Part shown: one piece after another, positions 8,920-16,205 of the stretch
How the letters are laid out: every line of letters begins with the position of its first letter
Position numbering within the stretch: position 1 is the first letter of the stretch
IMG/VR virus record: IMGVR_UViG_3300035540_000033
Location: 1 to 25,739 of that record
DNA from: a virus
Taxonomy: Duplodnaviria; Caudoviricetes
DNA length: 25,739 bases
Reading direction: 5' to 3' (one strand)
Translations under genes and position numbers: made by a program
The notes under the pieces: model-generated
Databases searched by the model: none
The model's input: the letters and a program-made list of their open reading frames with translations, nothing else
What the model was told of the DNA's origin: nothing

Positions 8920-10053
8920 TTAGGTTAGCATTTGTTTAAATTCTTCTTCGAGTTCCGGGTCAAAATAAGAGTCATGTGATTCCTGTTTTTTCGGCTTTTG
9001 ATTCCTTTTTGAATAATTTGCAATATCCTGGGCCAGCAAGCCCTGCTGTTTAACAGATTTAAAATGGGCATAGACAGGATGCCACAAAATATATTCCAGG
9101 ATAAATTGGCCCTTTACAGTATTTTCATTTTTGGTATTAGAGAAATCCCATTTCTGCCATTCATGATTAATGTAATCTGTCATATTCTGGCGATGATAAC
9201 TATTGATAGGCAAAGCTTGATATAATTCCAGGGCACCGGATATTTCCCCTTTTTCATATTTCCTACGAAACCGAAATAATTTATCTTTGAAATTATCAAC
9301 ATTACCTATATTATCCGGGGCAGGAAATTCCATAGATTCGGCCCTGTTTAATAATGTTTCACACAACGAAACGGAACGAAAATCTTTTTCTTTATTTTTC
9401 TCTACATATTCTCTTAGAAAAGAATCATCTACGGATACGGTATACGAATTAGGGGTATCCTCTATACCCTTACCTAAATTATCTGATACTGAATCTTTCT
9501 TACCTGTTTTATCTGGTACAGAATCTTTATCTTTACCTAAATTTTCTGTATTATCGGATTTGGCCCCTACGGTAGTAGTCTCTGTTGTAGTCTCTGTTGT
9601 AGTCTCTGGTATAGTTGTGTCATATTGCGTTGACCCTGTGTCATTTTGATTTGAGCGTGTGTCATTTTGATTTGAGCGTGTTTCATGGGTATCAATTTTT
9701 ATGTTAATATTTTTTAATTTTGATAGCCCTTCTTCATTTAAAGCGAACCACCTTGTTTTGTCGTATTTCTTTTTATTAAACTCCGCTATGTGTATTAGTT
9801 TCTGTTTGTCTAAAGATTTTATTGTTCTGTTTATGGTAGATGTTGACCAAAAATTAAAATACTTTTTTTTCAAATCATGTATACTTTGAAATGTCCAATA
9901 TTTCTCATCTCTGTAATTATAGGATGTTTTGAGCATAAAGTCTATTTGTAATAATAATATACTTTCGTTTAGACCAATTTCTGCCGCAAGTTCTGGAAAT
10001 ATTCGAAGAGTAGTTGGATCATTTTTTATAAACAGTGTTAATTCTTTTCCCAT
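8920..10053 (-). CDS. Phage replication initiator / replisome organizer (N-terminal wHTH)
   Basis: PELAAEIGLNESILL...YWTFQS...FWSTSTINRTIKSL is typical of phage initiators; repetitive linker ending in TIPETTTETTT. Confidence 0.8.
   Translation of the reverse strand: MGKELTLFIKNDPTTLRIFPELAAEIGLNESILLLQIDFMLKTSYNYRDEKYWTFQSIHDLKKKYFNFWSTSTINRTIKSLDKQKLIHIAEFNKKKYDKTRWFALNEEGLSKLKNINIKIDTHETRSNQNDTRSNQNDTGSTQYDTTIPETTTETTTETTTVGAKSDNTENLGKDKDSVPDKTGKKDSVSDNLGKGIEDTPNSYTVSVDDSFLREYVEKNKEKDFRSVSLCETLLNRAESMEFPAPDNIGNVDNFKDKLFRFRRKYEKGEISGALELYQALPINSYHRQNMTDYINHEWQKWDFSNTKNENTVKGQFILEYILWHPVYAHFKSVKQQGLLAQDIANYSKRNQKPKKQESHDSYFDPELEEEFKQMLT
9575..9686. repeat. Iteron-like direct repeats inside the initiator gene (putative origin)
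   Basis: About 3x 12-bp GTAGTCTCTGTT (9575-9608). 21-bp units TGTGTCATTTTGATTTGAGCG are exact at 9637 and 9658, degenerate at 9616 and partial at 9679. AT-rich tract follows at ~9690-9722. Confidence 0.7.
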
Positions 10054-10055
10054 TT

Positions 10056-11138
10056 TTAATCATCCTTCAAATCTAAATGAGTTTTATATTGAATTTCCAG
10101 GCCTAATTCGTTCATTAATTTTAGTTTAAATTCATCCTTAACTTTTTGTTCTGTGTTTTCGTGATACCCTCCTTGATATTCTACACCAAATCGGGGCATT
10201 CCATACTGATCTGTAACGAGAAAATCCAGTCTACACATTAAAAAATAATCATAATGCCAAGATTCTGTAAAAAGATGTTCCACATCTTGTTTTTGTATAA
10301 ACGCAGCTAAGGATACTTCCGGGTAAACATATAGATACGTTCTACGTAATTTTTTATATAAATCATGTGCTGCTTTAGAACCAAATACTGGTTTTAATTT
10401 ATCATTTGTATTTAATTTACATAAAGCTTTTTCGAAATCAGGGTTCATATGGTAACCTCCAGAAGGGGGAAAGGTAATTAAGTATAATTTTCCCATTTTT
10501 TTATGTAAGGATTCTCTCTTTTTTTCAGAAATTCCCATTATTTTTGCAACTTTATTACTATCTTTTGTTTTAGCCAAATGTATTAAATAATTAAGTTCTA
10601 TCGGAGTCAAAGATTCGTATACCCCATTATCTATTGCTTCAATATGTTTTAAAACCTCTTTTTCATATAATTGATTTTGTTCTTCTTCTTGTTTTTTATT
10701 ATATTCTTCTAATTCTTTTTGTTTTTTTTCTTGTTCCTTTTTGAAGCAGTCTTGGCATTTTCCGTATCCTGTAGATAATACTCTGTGAGTTTGTAACATA
10801 CTTCTATTTCTTTTAATTCCGTCAATTAGATAGTTCCCACATTCGTCACATTTTTCATTTGTATCAAAAACAAAAGAATTTTCTTGCACCTTTTCTCTTA
10901 ATGTTTCTTGTTTTGTATTATATTTACGAGATAGTTCCGCCACTGTAATAGAATATATAACTTTATTTTTGGAATTTACTCTCAAATCCCAATACTCCAA
11001 ACATTTATTTCTTATGTCATCAGAAACCCCTTCTTTTATATTTAATAGTAAGCCTTGTTCAAAAGTATGTTCATCATAGTCTACATCATTTAGCTTCATA
11101 AAAAAATTCTCCTCATTAACAATTAATCGTTTATTCAA
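10056..11138 (-). CDS. Multidomain protein with C-terminal DUF2726/Vsr-like PD-(D/E)XK domain (alternative start at 11099)
   Basis: YPEVSLAAFI...RLDFLV...GVEYQGGYH...KVKDEFK; CDEC/CQDC Zn finger, coiled coil and HTH-like segment. GAGGAG-9nt-ATG at 11099. Confidence 0.65.
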   Translation of the reverse strand: MNKRLIVNEENFFMKLNDVDYDEHTFEQGLLLNIKEGVSDDIRNKCLEYWDLRVNSKNKVIYSITVAELSRKYNTKQETLREKVQENSFVFDTNEKCDECGNYLIDGIKRNRSMLQTHRVLSTGYGKCQDCFKKEQEKKQKELEEYNKKQEEEQNQLYEKEVLKHIEAIDNGVYESLTPIELNYLIHLAKTKDSNKVAKIMGISEKKRESLHKKMGKLYLITFPPSGGYHMNPDFEKALCKLNTNDKLKPVFGSKAAHDLYKKLRRTYLYVYPEVSLAAFIQKQDVEHLFTESWHYDYFLMCRLDFLVTDQYGMPRFGVEYQGGYHENTEQKVKDEFKLKLMNELGLEIQYKTHLDLKDD

Positions 11139-11186
11139 ATTTAATGGTCAGAAACCCCTGCCTTTAGGCTGGGGTCTCTTTGCAAT

Positions 11187-12605
11187 TTAAACAAACACCA
11201 GTCCACTATTATTACGAATTACTTGACATAGTTTCTGTTTAACATAACCATGCTTTTCAAGTATTACTTTAGATTGAGTAGATGCCCAACCTTTACATAT
11301 ATCAATGTCTCCATTATAGTTAATTAAATCACCAGGTTTAAATCTTCTTTTAGTATTATTACGACGATATATTCGTCTACCGGGTTTAACTTTAACAGAT
11401 ATATTAGACTTTTTACGAAAATCAGTTAGACTATCTTTCTTTTGTATTGAAGATCTATTACGATTCCAAGCAACTACTTTAGATTTACCAGTAACTTTAT
11501 TAATTACATAATATTTACGATCTTCTAATCTCTTTACCCAAGCTCGATCATGTCTACGATATTGTTTAATATCAATATGATTATCAAGATCTATATAATT
11601 ATAATCACTAATATCTTGAAGAGTTAGACTATCACAGAACGCTATAATTTGAGCATCTTGTTCATGAGTCTTCTCTAATCCAGAATCAAATCTTACTTTT
11701 TTAGTAATATAACCATAAGTATCTTGAGTTGGTAATCTGTCTTCAAATACGCTAAATAATTTAGACATACATGAATTAAGTATTCCAGCTTGTTTAAGAT
11801 TCTTATTATTAATAGATGGACATTTAATAAGATTATTATGTACTTTCTTATGGCAGTTTGAACAAAGAGTAATTAGATTACTTACTTTATTTGTTCCACC
11901 ATTAGATCTTGGAATAATATGATGTACTTCTAATATAATATTCTTTTTAGCTTTACATACTTGACATGTATAATTATCTCTGCTTCTCACATAAGATTTA
12001 ACATTCTCAAATCCGTAAGATTCCCCTCTCTGATATTGCCAGGAATGTATCCCTGGATTATTTATCTTTTGAGTATCAAATTTAGTATATTCAATATGTA
12101 TCTTATTAATTGGACATCGTTTATCAAACCAATTTATTAGATTATCATGAGTAGCAATAAGATGGTTATGTGTTGGTCTAAATGGTTTACAATCTCGATT
12201 TTTCCATATAGGTTTACGAAATTTACATGAACCATATTTTCGCTTAACATTCTTACGTCGATATTGTCGTCTATTCTGACGATACATCTTACGTTTTGCA
12301 AGATTCTTTGCAACCTCAGTACTTCTAATCTTAGCTTCACCACTAATCAATAATGTAATAATGTCATTATATATTTTATACAATGATATACCAACATGAT
12401 CAGTACCAGGATCGATACCTATTCTAAATTCCGCATCTACTGTATCTTCATCTCTGAATTCTTTATCTAATAATTTTACTGTTAATGAGTCTTTAGTACG
12501 ACTAATTATTTTGGCAGTATCATTTTTGAGTTTACGAGTTATCATATGACCTTTCTTTGTCGGATGACCTCTCTTGCCATTCTTATCTTTTACAAAATAA
12601 ATCAT
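11187..12605 (-). CDS. iscB: IscB RNA-guided endonuclease (RRXRR/HNH)
   Basis: PLMP-like N-terminus (RGHPT), RuvC-I IGIDPG, Arg-rich bridge helix RQNRRQYRR, RuvC-II IHIE, HNH RDNYTCQVC..EVHHI..N..NLITLCSNCH, RuvC-III THEQDA. Confidence 0.93.
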   Translation of the reverse strand: MIYFVKDKNGKRGHPTKKGHMITRKLKNDTAKIISRTKDSLTVKLLDKEFRDEDTVDAEFRIGIDPGTDHVGISLYKIYNDIITLLISGEAKIRSTEVAKNLAKRKMYRQNRRQYRRKNVKRKYGSCKFRKPIWKNRDCKPFRPTHNHLIATHDNLINWFDKRCPINKIHIEYTKFDTQKINNPGIHSWQYQRGESYGFENVKSYVRSRDNYTCQVCKAKKNIILEVHHIIPRSNGGTNKVSNLITLCSNCHKKVHNNLIKCPSINNKNLKQAGILNSCMSKLFSVFEDRLPTQDTYGYITKKVRFDSGLEKTHEQDAQIIAFCDSLTLQDISDYNYIDLDNHIDIKQYRRHDRAWVKRLEDRKYYVINKVTGKSKVVAWNRNRSSIQKKDSLTDFRKKSNISVKVKPGRRIYRRNNTKRRFKPGDLINYNGDIDICKGWASTQSKVILEKHGYVKQKLCQVIRNNSGLVFV

Positions 12606-12817
12606 TTTTAAAATCCTTCTTGATCAAGAAGATTGATTGCGTCTCCCTCGACTTCAACTAAAGTAGCACTGGTCTTCGTTACCTACTAATCAGCGATGGG
12701 GATTTACACTAATTACTCCTAATTTTAAAGTGTGTTCAGAGCTGGGAGTGGCACCCTGAAGTAAACTTTAGCTGAATTGTCTGTTCAAGCCCAAGTCTTT
12801 AGACTTGGGTCATTGAC
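12606..12817 (-). ncRNA. omegaRNA (HEARO-type) scaffold
   Basis: About 210 nt of non-coding sequence upstream of iscB, starting GTCAATGACCCAAGTCTAAAGACTTGGGCTTG; CTCCC/GGGAG pseudoknot-compatible pair. Confidence 0.85.
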
Positions 12818-13478
12818 ATATTTCTCCTTGTACTTTAAGTTCTTTGGGTTTATTCCATACGCGGCTCTTGTTTTGCTTTTGAATTTTGTGTTGCCCTTTT
12901 ATTAAAGGGGTTTCTAAAGCGTCTTCCGCGCTCCATCCGCTTCTGAATATTCTTTTTGATAGTGTAGATGGGCTAATGTTAAACATTTCAGCAAATTCTA
13001 TTAATAATTTAGTTTCGTTTTTGTATGTTATATATCTACTTGATCTCATATTTCGTTGATTTTCAATTCTGGATGACCATACACAATTACCTTTATAATA
13101 TCCTTTTTCGTTATCTATTCTATTTATTTGCGCTCCTTTATATGGCTTTTCCTTCATATCTTCCATAAATTTTGTAAAATCCTTCCATTCTTCACATACT
13201 GTTATACCACGTCCTCCATAATCATCATATCTTTTATCATTTGTATTTGTACACCTATAAATCATAGATGCCCAGCTCTTATATTCCGATGTATTTGATT
13301 TTCCGTGAGTTGTATTATTTTTTCTGGAAATTTCGCGCATCAAGCATCCACAACTAAGAGTTTCGTTATTTCTTATATGGTCTTTACGGACTTCTTTTAT
13401 TGTGCCACAATCGCATCTAACAACATAATAATTCTTTTTGTTTTCCGAATTTCCTAATATTGTTAATCTACTTTTCAT
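12810..13478 (-). CDS. Phage HNH-type homing endonuclease
   Basis: CDCG..SCGC..HG..EY.SW..M..RC..YGGRGITVC..W..F..DM..NRIDN..GY..NC.W, plus a C-terminal HTH. Its stop codon is supplied by the IS end. Confidence 0.85.
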   Translation of the reverse strand: MKSRLTILGNSENKKNYYVVRCDCGTIKEVRKDHIRNNETLSCGCLMREISRKNNTTHGKSNTSEYKSWASMIYRCTNTNDKRYDDYGGRGITVCEEWKDFTKFMEDMKEKPYKGAQINRIDNEKGYYKGNCVWSSRIENQRNMRSSRYITYKNETKLLIEFAEMFNISPSTLSKRIFRSGWSAEDALETPLIKGQHKIQKQNKSRVWNKPKELKVQGEICQ

Positions 13479-13633
13479 TCTTTCTCCTTATGTTCTTTAA
13501 GTTCAATGTCAAGTTGTTTTTTGCAACATTGCCGGATAATTTCAGAGTTACTTACATTTTTTAGATAGGCCGCTTTACGAATCATTTCATAAAGTTCTTT
13601 AGATAACTGGGCAGTCACTGTTATATTTTTCAT
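13475..13633 (-). CDS. Ribbon-helix-helix (CopG-like) regulator, 52 aa
   Basis: GGAGG RBS before ATG at 13633; alternating beta-strand ITVTAQL followed by helices (...VSNSEIIR). Confidence 0.7.
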   Translation of the reverse strand: MKNITVTAQLSKELYEMIRKAAYLKNVSNSEIIRQCCKKQLDIELKEHKEKE

Positions 13634-13652
13634 TAGTTCCTCCGTATACAAT

Positions 13653-13681
13653 AAATTAAACATTTATTGGCTTATTGTCAA
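13653..13681 (-). promoter_or_regulatory. Sigma70-type promoter
   Basis: TTGACA-17 bp-TAATTT upstream of the RHH gene. Confidence 0.6.
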
Positions 13682-13708
13682 GTATTTTATATTCTATTTT
13701 TAAAAAAT

Positions 13709-13861
13709 TTATCCAATTAAATGTTTATCATTTTCCCATTCAGTATTTAATATTTTAATTAATTCTTTTAAAGTATTTGCTATATATAAATATCCATTGT
13801 GAATGCAACACCAAACTTCCTTTTGACTAATTACTCCTGCTTTTTCTTTATATATTTTCAT
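13709..13861 (-). CDS. Hypothetical protein (50 aa)
   Basis: Manually translated MKIYKKKAG...KHLIG; ATGA overlap with the upstream ORF. Confidence 0.5.
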   Translation of the reverse strand: MKIYKEKAGVISQKEVWCCIHNGYLYIANTLKELIKILNTEWENDKHLIG

Positions 13862-14061
13862 TTTTTATTTTTCCTCATTAGGTTTCTATATATTTGTTTG
13901 TATTTCAAGATTTCTTTATTAGATTCGCTATATTGATTTTTGTATTTGCTATAACATATTTGCATGGCTTTATCTTTTGCATCTTTTTCGGATTCAGCGG
14001 AAATATTTAATTTAATTATGCCCTGTTGTAATCCGGTATCTACTTCAACTTCGAATTCCAT
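13858..14061 (-). CDS. Hypothetical protein (67 aa)
   Basis: AGGAG RBS; tightly packed with neighbours. Confidence 0.6.
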   Translation of the reverse strand: MEFEVEVDTGLQQGIIKLNISAESEKDAKDKAMQICYSKYKNQYSESNKEILKYKQIYRNLMRKNKK

Positions 14062-14063
14062 TT

Positions 14064-14237
14064 TTAATGTCTCCTTCTATCATGTTTTTTAAGCAATTCT
14101 ATTTTTTTATTTAATTTTACCCAACATTTTTCGCAAAAGACAGGTCGCAATTCTAAAGCAAGTCTAATTGTTTTTTTGCCATCATAATATAATCTTTTGC
14201 CGCATTCCCCACATGTTAAATAATATACCTCAGCCAT
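14064..14237 (-). CDS. Small Zn-finger protein (57 aa)
   Basis: AAGGGG RBS before MAEVYY; CGEC...CEKC. Confidence 0.6.
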   Translation of the reverse strand: MAEVYYLTCGECGKRLYYDGKKTIRLALELRPVFCEKCWVKLNKKIELLKKHDRRRH

Positions 14238-14251
14238 TTTTATCCCCTTAA

Positions 14252-14395
14252 TTACATCCCGGTTATAAAATCTTCCAGTTCCCAATCATCAATTTCAAAT
14301 TCCCGGTAATCATCATAATAAGGAATTGAATTATCATATTCTTCAAATTCATCTTCCGTGATTATTGTTCCGTCTGCGTATTCCCTTACTCTCAT
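14252..14395 (-). CDS. Highly acidic mini-protein (47 aa)
   Basis: Manually translated MRVREYADGTIITEDEFEEYDNSIPYYDDYREFEIDDWELEDFITGM; AAGGA RBS; fills the gap between neighbours. Confidence 0.65.
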   Translation of the reverse strand: MRVREYADGTIITEDEFEEYDNSIPYYDDYREFEIDDWELEDFITGM

Positions 14396-14396
14396 T

Positions 14397-14774
14397 TTAT
14401 ATCAATCCTTTTAATTTATCGTATGTGGGTTTAAATTTTGTACTTAATTTTGTGCCATTGATACAGTCTATTATTTTTAAGGCTATATAATATGTGGTGC
14501 AGTTTTCATAGTGGGTATCATATACAGGGAAATACTCTTGTGCATAACATCCTTTTTCCATGGTTTCTTGGAAAACAATTTCAGGAAGCCATTTGTTTTC
14601 CATCCAATCTAACGGGGTTATTTCAATTAATTCTCTCGGAGATGGTGAAACTATTACACTATCGTGCCAATTATCAGCCCATACTGTAATTTTGTCTAAA
14701 ATTTCACCATCAAGTGTAATTTCAATTTGTGTTCCATAATATTTTCCATCTAAGTTTTTTAATTTAGCCAGCAT
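14397..14774 (-). CDS. Hypothetical protein (125 aa)
   Basis: AAGGA RBS; ORF track. Confidence 0.65.
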   Translation of the reverse strand: MLAKLKNLDGKYYGTQIEITLDGEILDKITVWADNWHDSVIVSPSPRELIEITPLDWMENKWLPEIVFQETMEKGCYAQEYFPVYDTHYENCTTYYIALKIIDCINGTKLSTKFKPTYDKLKGLI

Positions 14775-14794
14775 TTTTATTTTCCTTTAATTAA

Positions 14795-14980
14795 TTATTT
14801 ATATTTGCTATACCAATAGCCTGCTACTGTATGCGTTCTTTCATTACATTCTTTCGGATATTTTATTTTTTGTATTAATTCGGCCACGATATTTTCAGTT
14901 TCTTCTTTGTCATAACCAAAAACAAAATCATCGTTATTATTATGCCTGTATTGCCTAAGCGCGGGTTCTAATATTTTCAA
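14795..14980 (-). CDS. Hypothetical protein (61 aa)
   Basis: TTG start after AAGGA. Confidence 0.5.
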   Translation of the reverse strand: MKILEPALRQYRHNNNDDFVFGYDKEETENIVAELIQKIKYPKECNERTHTVAGYWYSKYK

Positions 14981-14983
14981 TTT

Positions 14984-15172
14984 TTATTTTCCTTTAAGTA
15001 TTTTTCTTAGTTCTTCCATATTGTTTCCCGCATATTCATTTTTTGTCCGTCGTTCCGGATCAGTTTTCTTTATTATATTCCTTAACTTATGCATATAATC
15101 CATCGTTTCTATTTCCTTATGTACATTAGATAATCTGTTATGAAGCCAAATTAAAAAATCTCTGTCCTTCAT
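14984..15172 (-). CDS. Hypothetical protein (62 aa)
   Basis: G-rich RBS; ORF track. Confidence 0.55.
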   Translation of the reverse strand: MKDRDFLIWLHNRLSNVHKEIETMDYMHKLRNIIKKTDPERRTKNEYAGNNMEELRKILKGK

Positions 15173-15231
15173 TTTTGCCCCCGCACTTAAAGTTCATAGG
15201 TTGTATTCCTCATAGTTGGGGTTTATTTTTC

Positions 15232-15462
15232 TTATCCAGAAGCATGATCATATGCTGTGATAAGTTTATTGGCCAGCCGCAAAATTTCTTCAAGTTCCGG
15301 CAGATCAAGTTTAATAGTTTGTGCTCCTTCATCAGGGAATTGTTCCAGGATAATATATCCCCCACAGGCTTCATCGTCAATTGAAATGTGCGTAATACAT
15401 TCCCCAAAAAGGGGATTTTCGTTTTCAGCAAATACTGAATATTTTAAGGGTATGGTATTCAT
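15232..15462 (-). CDS. Hypothetical acidic protein (76 aa)
   Basis: AAGGAG RBS. Confidence 0.6.
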   Translation of the reverse strand: MNTIPLKYSVFAENENPLFGECITHISIDDEACGGYIILEQFPDEGAQTIKLDLPELEEILRLANKLITAYDHASG

Positions 15463-15463
15463 T

Positions 15464-15682
15464 TTATTCTCCTTTAATTGATGCTTCTATTCTATCTTGA
15501 ATAGTTCTGTGATTTGTAATTTTTGTCCATAAATCCAAATCTTCATCAGTCCATTCATTTATTTTTATTTCATAACTTAAATTATTAAATGTTGTCCAAA
15601 GTTGTCTAATCAATACATCTCTTTCATATAACAATTTTTCAACAGCTAAGTTTGGCATGTCATTTTTGTTTTTGGTATTCAT
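15464..15682 (-). CDS. Hypothetical protein (72 aa)
   Basis: GGAGG RBS. Confidence 0.6.
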   Translation of the reverse strand: MNTKNKNDMPNLAVEKLLYERDVLIRQLWTTFNNLSYEIKINEWTDEDLDLWTKITNHRTIQDRIEASIKGE

Positions 15683-15810
15683 TTTTTGTAAACCCTCCTA
15701 TAATTTTTAATTATGTATTCCCGGCAGACAGTGCCTTTGCAAAGGCTGCATTTGACATATTCTGATTTTTTACCTGTCCCATTACAATTCCTGCAAATTT
15801 CTTTTGGCAT
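15679..15810 (-). CDS. DnaJ-type CxxCxGxG Zn-finger mini-protein (43 aa)
   Basis: Manually translated MPKEICRNCNGTG...CSLCKGT; AAGGGGG RBS; ATGA overlap. Confidence 0.55.
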   Translation of the reverse strand: MPKEICRNCNGTGKKSEYVKCSLCKGTVCREYIIKNYRRVYKK

Positions 15811-15946
15811 TTTTTGTCCCCCTTTCTTTTATAATACATTCGGCCAAAGCATCCCGTTCCCCCTTCCACCAACCATTTTCTATCACATTTTTATCTGCTT
15901 CCAACCTATTTAAAAGATTTATAGAGGTTTTTAATAAGTCTGACAT
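15782..15946 (-). CDS. Hypothetical protein (54 aa)
   Basis: Manually translated MSDLLKTS...NLQEL; first ORF after the promoter. Confidence 0.5.
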   Translation of the reverse strand: MSDLLKTSINLLNRLEADKNVIENGWWKGERDALAECIIKERGTKNAKRNLQEL

Positions 15947-15980
15947 AATATATCATCTCTTTTTGTTATTGTTTAAATGC

Positions 15981-16009
15981 ACCATACATTATTATAATAA
16001 TTATGTCAA
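15981..16009 (-). promoter_or_regulatory. Sigma70-type promoter driving the small-ORF cluster
   Basis: TTGACA-17 bp-TATGGT. Confidence 0.65.
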
Positions 16010-16023
16010 TAGATTTTTAAAAT

Positions 16024-16056
16024 AAAAAAAGCTGTCAAAAACACTTGACAGCTTTT
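16024..16056 (-). terminator. Intrinsic terminator downstream of portal (possibly bidirectional)
   Basis: AAAAGCTGTCAA-6nt-TTGACAGCTTTT perfect inverted repeat, with T7 on the minus strand. Confidence 0.7.
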
Positions 16057-16073
16057 ACCCCAGATACTATTAT
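16045..16073 (+). promoter_or_regulatory. Plus-strand sigma70-type promoter
   Basis: TTGACA-17 bp-TATTAT. Confidence 0.5.
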
Positions 16074-16159
16074 ATAACTATAAGTTAATTATTCCTGAAA
16101 GTTATTGAAGAATTTTTTTATTTCCTTTTTTGGTTCTTATCGTAGCTTTCTTCCTCCTG

Positions 16160-16203
16160 CCCCCTATAGGATTTTTCATCCTTTTTTACCTATAGGGGGT
16201 TTT
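16160..16203 (+). terminator. Inverted repeat / putative plus-strand terminator
   Basis: CCCCCTATAGG-18nt-CCTATAGGGGG followed by TTTT on the plus strand. Confidence 0.5.
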
Positions 16204-16205
16204 AA

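Larger units (their letters stand above)
11139..12817 (-). mobile_element. Non-autonomous IS200/IS605-family IscB element
   Basis: Subterminal hairpins CCCCTGCC-TTTA-GGCTGGGG (~11155-11174) and CCCAAGTC-TTTA-GACTTGGG (12790-12809); ends TTGAC at 12817; no tnpA. The boundary near 11139 is uncertain by a few nt. Confidence 0.85.

Noticed and set aside
9575-9686. CRISPR array
   Set aside because: Repeats are tandem with no spacers, have unit lengths that are multiples of 3, and lie inside a CDS.
11187-12605. Cas9 or IStron
   Set aside because: Only 472 aa with no REC lobe, array or cas genes; the non-coding parts are too short for a group I intron.
15210-15431. Alternative minus-strand 73-aa ORF (likewise 12137-12343)
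   Set aside because: Out-of-frame overlap with better-supported genes.
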